Origin: Eledone cirrhosa | Taxonomy: Eukaryota | Length of the DNA stretch: 64,000 nt | Direction: 5' to 3' | Assembly: GCA_964016885.1 (NCBI GenBank) | Contig: OZ024753.1 | Location: 16,616,001-16,680,000 of the forward strand | Part shown: piece by piece, positions 1 through 10,720 of the stretch | Numbering within the stretch: position 1 is the stretch's first letter | How the letters are laid out: the number at the start of each line of letters is the position of its first letter | Translations under genes and position numbers: made by a program | The notes under the pieces: generated by a model | Told to the model about the DNA's origin: nothing | Databases searched by the model: none | What the model saw: the letters and a program-made list of their open reading frames with translations, nothing else

Positions 1-47
1 ACACACACACACACACACATATATAACTCAATACACACACATACACA

Positions 48-86
<39 letters not shown>

Positions 87-545
87 CCTCAATACATACA
101 CACCACACACACATATATATATACCTCAATACACACACATACACACCACACACACACATATACCTCAATACACATACATACACACCACACACATATACCT
201 CAATACACACACACATCACACAATACACACATGCCACACCACACACATCAATACACACATGTCACACAACACACACACACATACACACAACACACACATA
301 CCTCAATACGCACACATACACACCACACACACATCACACAATACACACACACATCACAATCAAAACACACACACACACAGGTGTCACATACACACGCACA
401 TCACACAACACACTAAACATGCTATATACACACACTACACACACACATGCATACATACACTCACACAATCACACACCACACACACAGTATACACACAATC
501 ACACACCACACACGCACTATACACACATGGACATACATACGCATA
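1..545. repeat. (CA)n-derived low-complexity/microsatellite tract with recurring 'atacctcaatacacac' motif
   Basis: Directly visible; the HT/CV-rich ORFs here are artefacts. Confidence 0.95.
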
Positions 546-645
546 TATTCATTCTCTTATTCTTCTACTTGTTTCTGTCATTAGACTGTAGACATGCTAA
601 GGCACCGCCTTGATTGGGATTAACTGATCATATAGATTAACTGAT

Positions 646-1001
646 CATCATCATCATCATCATCATCATTTCATCATTTCATTTTACGTCCACTTTTTCC
701 CTGCTTGCAAGGGTGGGACGGGAACTGAATCTGGCTTGATTTCTACAGCTGGATGCCCTTCCTAACACCAACCTCATTTACAGTGTTGGGTGCTTTTTTG
801 CCGTGGCACTTCCACGACCACTTTGCAGTGGAATGATAGGGACACCAGTCCCTATCATCTCATTTCTACAGCTGAGTAAACTGGAGCAATGTGAAATAAA
901 ATGTCTTGCTCAAGGAAACAACACATCACCCAGTCTGAGAATTGAACTGACAACCTTTCGATTGCAAGGCCAATGCTCTAATCACTAAGCCATGTGCCTC
1001 C
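646..1001 (-). mobile_element. tRNA-derived SINE family A (full length) with 22-bp target-site duplication
   Basis: Minus strand: head GGAGGCACATGGCTTAGTG (A box), degenerate B box, CORE-like 'ccttgagcaagacat', tail ...GGACGTAAAATGAAATGATGATG. ATCATATAGATTAACTGATCAT is duplicated at 627-648 and 1002-1023. Confidence 0.9.
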
Positions 1002-1160
1002 ATCATATAGATTAACTGATCATTACCGAAATGAAAATTTTCTCATACCTCACCACATTTTATGTAATAAAAAGTACATTTAAAAGTAAAAAATGACTAA
1101 TAGTGCGTTAAATATATTATATAACATATGTAACTTATAATATGATTAAAGTAAACAAAT

Positions 1161-1470
1161 TTAATGAAAGGTACAAGCTTGTTTTTGACGAGTAATCTCC
1201 TTTATATTAGGCCTAATTTGAGATAAACCCTCATCCCATCATCACACAAAGAAGTCTTTCCCTTTTTTAGTTTTTGATATTTGTCAGCATTTAAAATCCT
1301 TGTTGACAGCAATATGTCGTGGAGAATTGTAGAAGAAAGGCTTAGGGGAAGGGAAGCCCTGGTGAAAAGGCACAAGCAGCCCTATGGTAAAAAAAGTTCC
1401 AGAGAGATAACTGCAGATTCGAAGTCAGAACATTATTGGTGATAACTCTCTCCTCCAATTTGCAGATCCT
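1161..1470 (-). pseudogene. Degraded hAT (Charlie/Buster, ZBED8/SCAND3-like) transposase C-terminus
   Basis: Manual translation across frameshifts: AFLLQFSTTYCCQQGF*MLTNIKN*KRERLLCV/DDGMRV/LSQIRPNIKEITRQKQACTFH*. This resembles the hAT C-terminal dimerisation end (F.TTY.CE.GFS...IK.K.R.RL....MR..LS.I.P.I......KQA..SH). Confidence 0.75.
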
Positions 1471-1502
1471 AGTTACTATATTCTTAATACTTGACATAAT
1501 AA

Positions 1503-1852
1503 AATATCACAATCATAAGATATCATTGTGATAATCTTATCATTGTCATATCTCATCATTGTGATATCTCGTCATTGTGATATTTCATCATTGTAATATT
1601 TTATCATTGTAATATCTCATCACTGTGATATCTTATCATTTTGATAAGATATCACAGTGATGAGATATGACAATGATAAGATATGACAATGATAAGATAT
1701 CACAATGATTAAATATCACAATAAAATATCACAATGACGAGATATGACAATGATGAGATATGACAATGATATCACAATATCACAATGATATCACATCACA
1801 GTGATAAGATATCACAAAATATCACAATGATATCACAATGATATCACATCAG
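1503..1852. repeat. Short-unit (~11-17 bp) GATATCACAATGA satellite whose orientation flips near 1640
   Basis: Left half is (tcattgtgatatc)n, right half is (gatatcacaatga)n. Confidence 0.85.
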
Positions 1853-2724
1853 TCAATAATTATTGTTCACTATACTGGTACTCGTACAATTACAAGTAAT
1901 CCATAATATTCTAAATTTTTAAATCTTATTTATTTTTGGTGAATTAATTTTTTGAAACTGTTTCTAAATCTTTGTCTTTCAATCATTCTGCCTCACCTGT
2001 TATCCTCTATACCAGTCATGGGCAACCAGTAGCCGCGAAGCTTTCTCAATGGCTCGCCTGGGTCACCTACTTGAAATCTTTCTGATTTTTTTTTTACCCC
2101 AACTTTTCAGTCGTAATTTATCTTTCTATCATTTTTACGATCGAGGAAAACAACGTGTACGAATTCTGAAGAAACAAATCAAAACAACCTGAGTTATCAC
2201 TCCTTTTTTTTAATGTGGGCACGAATGTAAATTAGTGCTTGCGGCTGACACCGTTTCAGTACCACTAAGATAGATTAATCTGTTATATAGATTAATCAAT
2301 TATATAGATTAATCAATTATATATACTAGCAGAAAAAACACCTTTAGGTTGGTTTTCTGCTAAGCATGTGTAATGTGTATATTGATATTATACGCAGGTA
2401 TATATGCATGTAGATATGATACATCAAATAAAATCGTAATTGACAATATATAATACACAGAAATTGAACGAAGACTGTTACACTGTCTTATGTAATCAGT
2501 AACGTAATCCATGGTACATTAAAAACAGACGATATTATATATAAACTGCATTAGGAGAAAATTAGTGACGGAAATATATGAATGTTTATTTAAGCGATCG
2601 CCAAGCGGAAGTGTTGACATTTCAGAAATTTTAAAGAAGTGAATCTTTAAATAAATAATAAAATATATTTAATCAACACCACAAAATTTAGTAGATAAAT
2701 TATGTAATATTCATTCATTATTTC

Positions 2725-3570
2725 ATCATCATCATCATCATCATCATCGTTTAACGTCCATCTTCCACGCTTGCATGGGTTTGGACGGGAATTTTCCCAC
2801 TTGAGGCAAGATTGGTTGTCCTGCTCGTATAGGACTGTCTGGCGGGTTTTCTACGGCTGGATGCCCTTCCTAACACCAACCACGTTTACAGTGTGGACTG
2901 GGAGGTTTTTACCGTGTTACCTACACGGCCACATTTATTTAGGACTGGATGTTGTGGTACCAACATAACTTTACAGAGAAAGGGGTGGTGTGGATGGGGT
3001 GGGGGTAGTGGGATGGGGGTGTATTTTGTTAGAGGTGCCTACTGACTGTAGTAAGTTTTACTTTGTACTTAGGTAAGGCGGGTCTTCTGTATTACTGTGT
3101 AGCGCCAAAGATCTCGGTCCAGTGACATTGTCTTGGAGAGGTGTAAGTGTGTGAGGTCGGAATTTATCAAGTCGTCCCAGGTTTTTCTGGGTCTGCCTAC
3201 TTCGTGGCTACTGTTTATTTTGATCGCCCTGCACTTTTTTATACTGCTGTCGTCTTTCATGCGCATCACGTGACCATACCAACGTAGTCTTCTCTCGAGT
3301 AAACAGCATCTGACCCCTCTTATTCCTAATTTCTCCCTTAGTTCATTTATGCTTTGCCGTTCACATATATTATTATTACACATCCAACGGAGCATGCAAG
3401 CTTCATTCCTCTCCAGTTTGCGTATATCCTCTGCACACAATGCCCAAGTCTCACTGCCATGTAACATTGAGGTTCGTATGCAAGCATCATACAGCCTGCC
3501 TTTCATTTTTAGAGAGAAACCTTTAGTGGCCAATAGTGGTATAAGCTCTCTGAACTTTTTCCATTCCGTT
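2725..3570 (-). mobile_element. 5'-truncated RTE-clade LINE fragment with extended 3' region and (ATG)n tail
   Basis: ORF 3069-3533 has RTE C-terminal motifs (MLHGSETW, RRLRWYGHVMRM, GRPRKTW, DRDLWR); it is followed by a SINE-like 'ggaagggcatccagccgtagaaa' segment and a GGACGTTAAACGATGATG tail. Confidence 0.9.
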
Positions 3571-3589
3571 TATTCAAATAAATTAATCT

Positions 3590-3715
3590 ATACGATTGGA
3601 GTTCAAATCCCGCCAAGGTTAACTTTGCCTTTCATCCTTACGGGGTCGATAAAATAAAGTACCAGTAATGCACTGGGTATTTGCTGGCCTTGTGCTAAAA
3701 GTAGAAACAATTATT
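3590..3715 (+). mobile_element. SINE family B fragment
   Basis: gagttcaaatcccgcc...actttgcctttcatcc...gtcgataaaataaagtaccag, shared with copies at 8385-8950, 12145-12360, ~30770 and ~41870. Confidence 0.8.
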
Positions 3716-3899
3716 TATTCAAATAATCCAACTTATTTTACTAATGGGTTTAAAAATGATAAACCATATGCAGTCCCGCGCTCCTTACTTTATTATAGTT
3801 TAGATTAATTGATTATATAGATGCCTATGTTGTTCAAGATCCTTATTTTATTGATCTCTCATTTAATCTCAAACTGCTAAGTTATGGAACATAAAAACA

Positions 3900-3941
3900 G
3901 ACATGGACACACACGTAAACATAGAGATGGAGATACACACA

Positions 3942-3985
<44 letters not shown>

Positions 3986-4112
3986 CACACACAAACATGC
4001 ACAGACAAACACGCACGCACACGCAACCACGCATGCACACACAACCACGCACACACAAACACGCACACACAACCACGCACACACAAACAAACAGGCACAC
4101 ACAAACACACAC
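3900..4112. repeat. (CA)n/(CACG)n microsatellite
   Basis: Directly visible. Confidence 0.95.
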
Positions 4113-4340
4113 ATATTTTACTCACAAGGCATTGGTTAACTCAAGGCTATATTTTAGTGGTTTTTAGCTTTTTTTCTCTAGTACCCTCTTCTCAATATTT
4201 TCATGGGCTAAGCTCCACTATGTTAAAATTACTCTGATAAAAAGCTACATATTTTAGATGTATTGTGCAATGAATTTATATTTCACTGCCGCTGCCACCC
4301 CCACTTATTCCTGAAGGGGTCGTGGGGGCAGAGTCCTTAA

Positions 4341-4560
4341 CCCTTTAATGTTCAAACTGGCCAAAACCGGCCAGAATTCTCTACCTCTTTCTGTTGAAAC
4401 TGGCTGTAACTGGTCACTCAAACTGATGTTAAGGTATTGTTCTCAAAATAAATACTTTCAAAATCTCATAGATTCAATATTATGTGAGATAATTATGTGA
4501 GGTAAAGCCTTTCCCATGTAAATATAATAGTATATATAGAGTAATGTGAAGGTTAAAGGG
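4341..4560. mobile_element. piggyBac-like MITE
   Basis: TTAA|CCCTTTAA...TTAAAGGG|TTAA; related copy at 60734-60941. Confidence 0.75.
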
Positions 4561-4684
4561 TTAAACACTCCTTCCAGCAGGTCCTGTCGAAAGCAGCAAC
4601 TCATCTGGCTAGATCCCCAAATGAGACTAGCCAGCCTCATGGATGTTATCCCACCATCTTGCTCAAGGTCAAGACAAAATATCA

Positions 4685-4860
4685 AAGACAATGACACTTG
4701 CTGCATCAGCTGCTCCACGCCAGGCAGGATGCACTACTCCTAAATTTGTGAAGGAAAACAGCAGTCCAGAGACCAAGGAGTCCGGAGGTCTCGATGTCCA
4801 CTGGCATGCAAAGGAAGTGGTTGGTGAAGTCTTGGTATTTGTCTTTTAGTTGTTCATCAA
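4685..4860 (-). pseudogene. Relic of CRE/NeSL-type non-LTR retrotransposon restriction-like endonuclease C-terminus
   Basis: Translation EQLKDKYQDFTNHFLCMPVDIETSGLLGLWTAVFLHKF.../VEQLMQQVSL resembles KY..L...F.F.PVA.ET.G.LG......L......WL.QR.SL. Confidence 0.55.
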
Positions 4861-4934
4861 ACAAGAATTCCTAATTAAGATCCTTATCTTTATTTAAATA
4901 TCAAACATTAACAGGGCTTTGTTGTCACGCAATG

Positions 4935-5107
4935 TTATCTCATAGGACTGTAAACAAAACTTGTCACTGTTTTCCAGTTATCACTAAGTTTAGTTTCAAT
5001 ATCATTTGTCATTTCATCAAATCTAGCTGATACTAAACTGTCACTAAGTGGAATTATCGGAGATCTATCAGGTGTACCTGTCATGGTATAAAAAATATCT
5101 TTCACAG
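4935..5107 (-). CDS. Candidate terminal coding exon of an unidentified gene
   Basis: Pyrimidine-rich acceptor ctctttctctctctaccag; open frame (A)VKDIFYTMTGTPDRSPIIPLSDSLVSARFDEMTNDIETKLSDNWKTVTSFVYSPMR*; AATAAA about 40 nt downstream; phase-compatible with the donor at 5362. No homology recognised. Confidence 0.45.
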
Positions 5108-5362
5108 CTGGTAGAGAGAGAAAGAGTGAGAGATAGTGGTAGAGAAGAATGTGTGAGAGAGAGGGTGTGTTAGAGAGAGGGAGGGAGAGTTCAGTAGTAT
5201 GAGGTTTTCCATGTTTGGCAACTAGCTTTTTAAATTTTGTGTTTTGTAATTAACCATTTCTCGAGTTGGTTTTCTTGTTTTATAAACAGCTCTTTGAGTG
5301 TAGGCCAGTTTTGAAAATTTGAGTTTTAAATCATGAAGTAGCCTACAATATATCCTTCTTAC

Positions 5363-5443
5363 CTTTGTCCAGGTGTATTATTTTTAATTGATCAACCATT
5401 CCTGAAGATTTTGTACCTTTATTTGAAAAGGTTTTCTCATATC
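5363..5443 (-). CDS. Candidate penultimate exon (5' boundary uncertain)
   Basis: Strong donor AAAG|GTAAGA at 5363/5362; frame GYEKTFSNKGTKSSGMVDQLKIIHLDK joins in phase 1 to the 4935-5107 exon. Several weak alternative acceptors. Confidence 0.35.
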
Positions 5444-5483
5444 CTATTCAATCCAATCCAGGACTTTCAATCCAGTCCAGGGC

Positions 5484-7972
5484 CTTCTCTCTCCTGTTGG
5501 AGGAACCCCCTCTCTGGTTGACCTCCAATACCTTCTCACTCCTGTTGGAGGAACCCCCTCCCTGGTTGACCTCCAATACCTTCTCACTCCTGTTGGAGGA
5601 ACCCCCTCCCTGGTTGACCTCCAATACCTTCTCACTCCTGTTGGAGGAACCCCCTCTCTGGTTGACCTCCAATACCTTCTCACTCCTGTTGGAGGAACCC
5701 CCTCCCTGGTTGACCTCCAATACCTTCTCACTCCTGTTGGAGGAACCCCCTCTCTGGTTGACCTCCAATACCTTCTCACTCCTGTTGGAGGAACCCCCTC
5801 CCTGGTTGACCTCCAATACCTTCTCACTCCTGTTGGAGGAACCCCCTCCCTGGTTGACCTCCAATACCTTCTCACTCCTGTTGGAGGAACCCCCTCCCTG
5901 GTTGACCTCCAATACCTTCTCACTCCTGTTGGAGGAACCCCCTCTCTGGTTGACCTCCAATACCTTCTCACTCCTGTTGGAGGAACCCCCTCCCTGGTTG
6001 ACCTCCAATACCTTCTCACTCCTGTTGGAGGAACCCCCTCCCTGGTTGACCTCCAATACCTTCTCACTCCTGTTGGAGGAACCCCCTCTCTGGTTGACCT
6101 CCAATACCTTCTCACTCCTGTTGGAGGAACCCCCTCCCTGGTTGACCTCCATTACCTTCTCACTCCTGTTGGAGGAACCCCCTCTCTGGTTGACCTCCAA
6201 TACCTTCTCACTCCTGTTGGAGGAACCCCCTCCCTGGTTGACCTCCAATACCTTCTCACTCCTGTTAGAGGAACCCCCTCTCTGGTTGACCTCCAATACC
6301 TTCTCACTCCTGTTGGAGGAACCCCCTCCCTGGTTGACCTCCAATACCTTCTCACTCCTGTTGGAGGAACCCCCTCCCTGGTTGACCTCCAATACCTTCT
6401 CTCTCCTGTTGGAGGAACCCCCTCCCTGGTTGACCTCCAATACCTTCTCACTCCTGTTGGAGGAACCCCCTCTCTGGTTGACCTCCAATACCTTCTCACT
6501 CCTGTTGGAGGAACCCCCTCCCTGGTTGACCTCCAATATCTTCTCACTCCTGTTGGAGGAACCCCCTCTCTGGTTGACCTCCAATACCTTCTCACTCCTG
6601 TTGGAGGAACCCCCTCCCTGGTTGACCTCCAATACCTTCTCACTCCTGTTGGAGGAACCCCCTCTCTGGTTGACCTCCAATACCTTCTCACTCCTGTTGG
6701 AGGAACCCCCTCTCTGGTTGACCTCCAATACCTTCTCACTCCTGTTGGAGGAACCCCCTCTCTGGTTGACCTCCAATACCTTCTCACTCCTGTTGGAGGA
6801 ACCCCCTCCCTGGTTGACCTCCAATACCTTCTCACTCCTGTTGGAGGAACCCCCTCCCTGGTTGACCTCCAATACCTTCTCACTCCTGTTGGAGGAACTC
6901 CCTCTCTGGTTGACCTCCAATACCTTCTCACTCCTGTTGGAGGAACCCCCTCTCTGGTTGACCTCCAATACCTTCTCACTCCTGTTGGAGGAACCCCCTC
7001 TCTGGTTGACCTCCAATACCTTCTCACTCCTGTTGGAGGAACCCCCTCCCTGGTTGACCTCCAATACCTTCTCACTCCTGTTGGAGGAACCCCCTCTCTG
7101 GTTGACCTCCAATACCTTCTCACTCCTGTTGGAGGAACCCCCTCTCTGGTTGACCTCCAATACCTTCTCACTCCTGTTGGAGGAACCCCCTCTCTGGTTG
7201 ACCTCCACTACCTTCTCACTCCTGTTGGAGGAACCCCCTCTCTGGTTGACCTCCAATACCTTCTCACTCCTGTTGGAGGAACCCCCTCTCTGGTTGACCT
7301 CCAATACCTTCTCACTCCTGTTGGAGGAACCCCCTCTCTGGTTGACCTCCAATACCTTCTCACTCCTGTTGGGGGAACCCCCTCTCTGGTTGACCTCCAA
7401 TACCTTCTCACTCCTGTTGGAGGAACCCCCTCCCTGGTTGACCTCCAATACCTTCTCACTCCTATTGGAGGAACCTCCTCCCTGGTTGACCTCCAATACC
7501 TTCTCACTCCTGTTGGAGGAACCCCCTCCCTGGTTGACCTCCAATACCTTCTCACTCCTGTTGGAGGAACCCCCTCCCTGGTTGACCTCCAATACCTTCT
7601 CACTCCTGTTGGAGGAACCCCCTCTCTGGTTGACCTCCAATACCTTCTCACTCCTGTTGGAGGAACCCCCTCTCTGGTTGACCTCCAATACCTTCTCACT
7701 CCTGTTGGAGGAACCCCCTCTCTGGTTGACCTCCAATACCTTCTCACTCCTGTTGGGGGAACCCCCTCTCTGGTTGACCTCCAATACCTTCTCACTCCTG
7801 TTGGAGGAACCCCTCTCTGGTTGACCTCCAATACCTTCTCACTCCTGTTGGAGGAACCCCCTCCCTGGTTGACCTCCAATACCTTCTCACTCCTGTTGGA
7901 GGAACCCCCTCCCTGGTTGACCTCCAATACCTTCTCACTCCTGTTGGAGGAACCCCCTCCCTGGTTGACCTT
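5484..7972. repeat. 48-bp minisatellite, ~52 copies
   Basis: Unit ccttctcactcctgttggaggaaccccctc(t/c)ctggttgacctccaata; a 1-bp deletion near 7810; three largely stop-free frames explain the 778/775-aa ORFs. Confidence 0.97.
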
Positions 7973-8129
7973 CATTGATTCCTGTCTCTGACTAGTCCTT
8001 GTTTTACAGTTGACCAACTCAGCAATCACTGTCCCAGTGATGCAGGCCCGGCCCGGCCCCAATTGTAGAAGTGCTCCCCTGTGTGTGAGGAGGGATGTCC
8101 CTGTGTATGCCACCACGTGAAGCCAGCAG

Positions 8130-8343
8130 ACAGAATGGAAAAGAAGAACCTTGGAGGATACCGAGGGAGACATGTTGGACTATCCATTCCAACTCCCAAG
8201 GCTCACTCCTGTGGTTTACCAACTTCACCTCGATAGAAGTGAGTAGGGATGAGGTTCAGGGGCCAAGAATGCCAGAGGTCTCCACTGCGACAGATTTGAC
8301 GGCCTCAAACCTATTGGAGAGAACCTTGTTATCATAATTCAGG
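8130..8343 (-). pseudogene. Second CRE/NeSL-like endonuclease C-terminal relic
   Basis: LNYDNKVLSNRFEAVKSVAVETSGILGP*TSSLLTSIEVKLVNHRSEPWELEWIVQHVSLGILQGSSF resembles PVAVETSG.LGP....L..IG..L......E..W..QR.SL.I.RGN. Confidence 0.6.
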
Positions 8344-8384
8344 CTGAGTTATTATAAGATGACGTAAATAAGGGCGTTGGATTG

Positions 8385-8950
8385 GCAGTATTGGCAGAAT
8401 GTTAGACCACATTCTTTACAGCATAGAGTTACGGCCCTATACAATCTGAGTTCAAATTCACTGAAGTTAGCTTTGCCTTTCATCCTTATGGACTCGATAA
8501 AATAAAGTACTTGTAATGCACCGGGATCGATTTAATCGACCCTTCAGCCCCACTCACCCCTAAAAAAAATTATTGGCCTTGTGCTCAAATCAGAAACCAT
8601 TATTGTTTCTACTTTAGGCACAAGGCCAGCAATTACCCAGTACATTACTGGTACTTTATTTTATCGACCTCGTAAGGATGAAAGGCAAAGTCAACCTCGG
8701 CGGGATTTGAACTCAGATCGTAAAGGGTCGTAACTATGCCGGAAAGCATGGCGTCCGACCCTCTACCGATACTGCCAATATCGGTAGAGGGTCGGACGCC
8801 ATGCTTTCCAGTATAGTTACGTCCCTTTACGATCTGAGTTCAAATCCCGCCGAGGTTGACTTTGCCTTTCATCCTTACGGAGTCGATAAAATAAAGTACC
8901 AGTAATGCACTGGTAATTGCTGGCCTTGTGCCTAAAGTACAAACAATTAT
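8385..8950. mobile_element. Cluster of three SINE family B copies; two are head-to-head and form a long inverted repeat (~8597-8950)
   Basis: Centre ctctaccgatactgccaatatcggtagag at ~8761-8790; arms of about 170 bp are near-perfect reverse complements. Confidence 0.88.
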
Positions 8951-8997
8951 TATAATATAAAGTGTAACACCTTTAAATGGCTGAGTACTAGTGTTAA

Positions 8998-9618
8998 CCC
9001 TTTTGTTACTAAACAACCAGAAAGTGCTCTTCGGTCTATGGCACAAACTTTATTTTAAAGTGTTTATATTTATCTAAAAAATCATCCATCATAATTTTAT
9101 ATAAGAGTTTCTGTAAGTTCCAAACACCAGCTTAATAATGAGAAAGTTATATTACTAAATTCCTACAAATTCTTGATTATTTTCAAAAACATTTAAAATC
9201 ACGGGCATTATCCGTCATTAGAAATATGTCTAGGAAAGGGTTAAAATATTTCTATCCAGCTAAAACCCCATTAATCATAATTTTATGTAAGAGCCTTTGT
9301 CAAGTAATGTTCCAAATACCAGCTTAATAAGACAAATGGTATATTACTAAATCCCTTCAAATTCTTCATTATTAAAAAAAAAAAAAAAATTTGAAAATTA
9401 CAAGCAGTGCCTTTCATTAGAAATATGGCAACAAAACGGCTAAAATTTTTCTATTTATCTCCAAAAACCATCCATCATAATTTTATGTAAGAGCCTTTGT
9501 TAAGTTATCTTCCAAATACCAGCTTAATAATGACAAAAAAACTTGATTATTTTTCAAAAATATTTGAAAATCATAGGCAATGTCTTTCATTACCAAAATA
9601 TGGTAATGAAATGGTTAA
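8998..9618. mobile_element. piggyBac-like MITE (8998-9240) followed by two tandem partial copies of its 3' part
   Basis: TTAA|CCCTTTT...AAAGGG|TTAA; the block 'catcataattttatgtaagag...ccaaataccagcttaataa' recurs three times; related copy at 60355-60597. Confidence 0.7.
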
Positions 9619-10104
9619 AAATATAGTTTGTAGACCATCTGAAAATGTGAAATAGATATAGATCTGTGGTGTGTGTAAATCTTAAAATATAAGTTAGACA
9701 TTATATTAAATGTAAACAGAATCTGTTCAGTGAAATAATCACTCAATTTACAGAAATATTTTATATTTAGATAACATTACCCATCCAACCCATGCCAGCA
9801 TGGAAAAACTGGTGGATGTAAAACCGACGATTATTTTACAAATACTGCCTCCCTCCCTCCCTACTCCAAAGCACCGAGGTTTATTCATTGAGAGATATGA
9901 AAATATAATGAAATATCTTTTAAAAGTTTGGCCTCGGTGAAAATATTTTTGAAAACCGAGAGAAATATTTTACTAAGAACAATAGAGATTTTATGAAATT
10001 CAGGAAACATGTGACTTGAGTTCTATAAAAAAGTTGGTTTTTATGGAAAAAAACATTTCTACCCCACAGCAGATATTGAGTTAAATGAATGAAATATCTG
10101 TGTT

Positions 10105-10500
10105 CTCTTTCTCTCTGTCTCTCCCCTTTTTTCTCTCTCCTCCCTCTCTTGTTCCTCCCACTCTCACCTTCATAGCACTCTCCCTTTCTCTCCCCCACCT
10201 TACCACCCTCTCCTCCAGATTACTCCCTCACCTTACTTTCCCTCCCCCACCTTACCCTCCCATACTATACCGGTCCACCCCTACCTTACCCTCCCCCACC
10301 TTATCCCATCACCTCACTTCCCCCCCACCCTACCACACTCTCCTCCACATTACTCCTACCTTACCCCCTCCCTTACCTTGCCCCCCACAACCCCCCACAT
10401 CTTATCCCCCACCTCACCACCCTCTCCCCACACCTTACCCTCCCCCTACTTTACACCCCGCCTCTCTTCTTTCATTAGACCTTCCTTCCATTTCACTCTC
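10105..10500. repeat. C/T-rich low-complexity tract
   Basis: Degenerate (ccttaccc)n. Confidence 0.85.
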
Positions 10501-10610
10501 TATTGAAAATACAAAGTACATGCAGTGACTGAATAGAGTATTGAAGTAACGGATAGTAGAGTAAGGCCAGGGCATGGTGATCTTTTGATATAGGTATATA
10601 AAATGGATGA

Positions 10611-10665
10611 CAATGGCTCTTCCAGCGCGATTCCCTGACCATCCTCCGGGGAAACACCTCTATTT
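10611..10665 (+). pseudogene. Short CRE/NeSL-like C-terminal relic
   Basis: QWLFQRDSLTILRGNTSI versus the motif WLFQR.SL.I.RGN. Confidence 0.5.
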
Positions 10666-10720
10666 GTTCACAGGGGCCTTGGGGCAGCCAGCATGTGGGA
10701 CCACATTTACTGATAATAGC

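Noticed and set aside
803-988. Recurrent 60-80-aa ORF ...LQLSKLEQCEIKCLAQGNN...
   Set aside because: Antisense translation of SINE family A, not a gene family.
5497-7824. 775-aa plus-strand LEEPPLWLTSNTFSLL ORF
   Set aside because: Starts and ends inside the minisatellite with no ATG or splice context; a consequence of a 48-bp stop-free unit.
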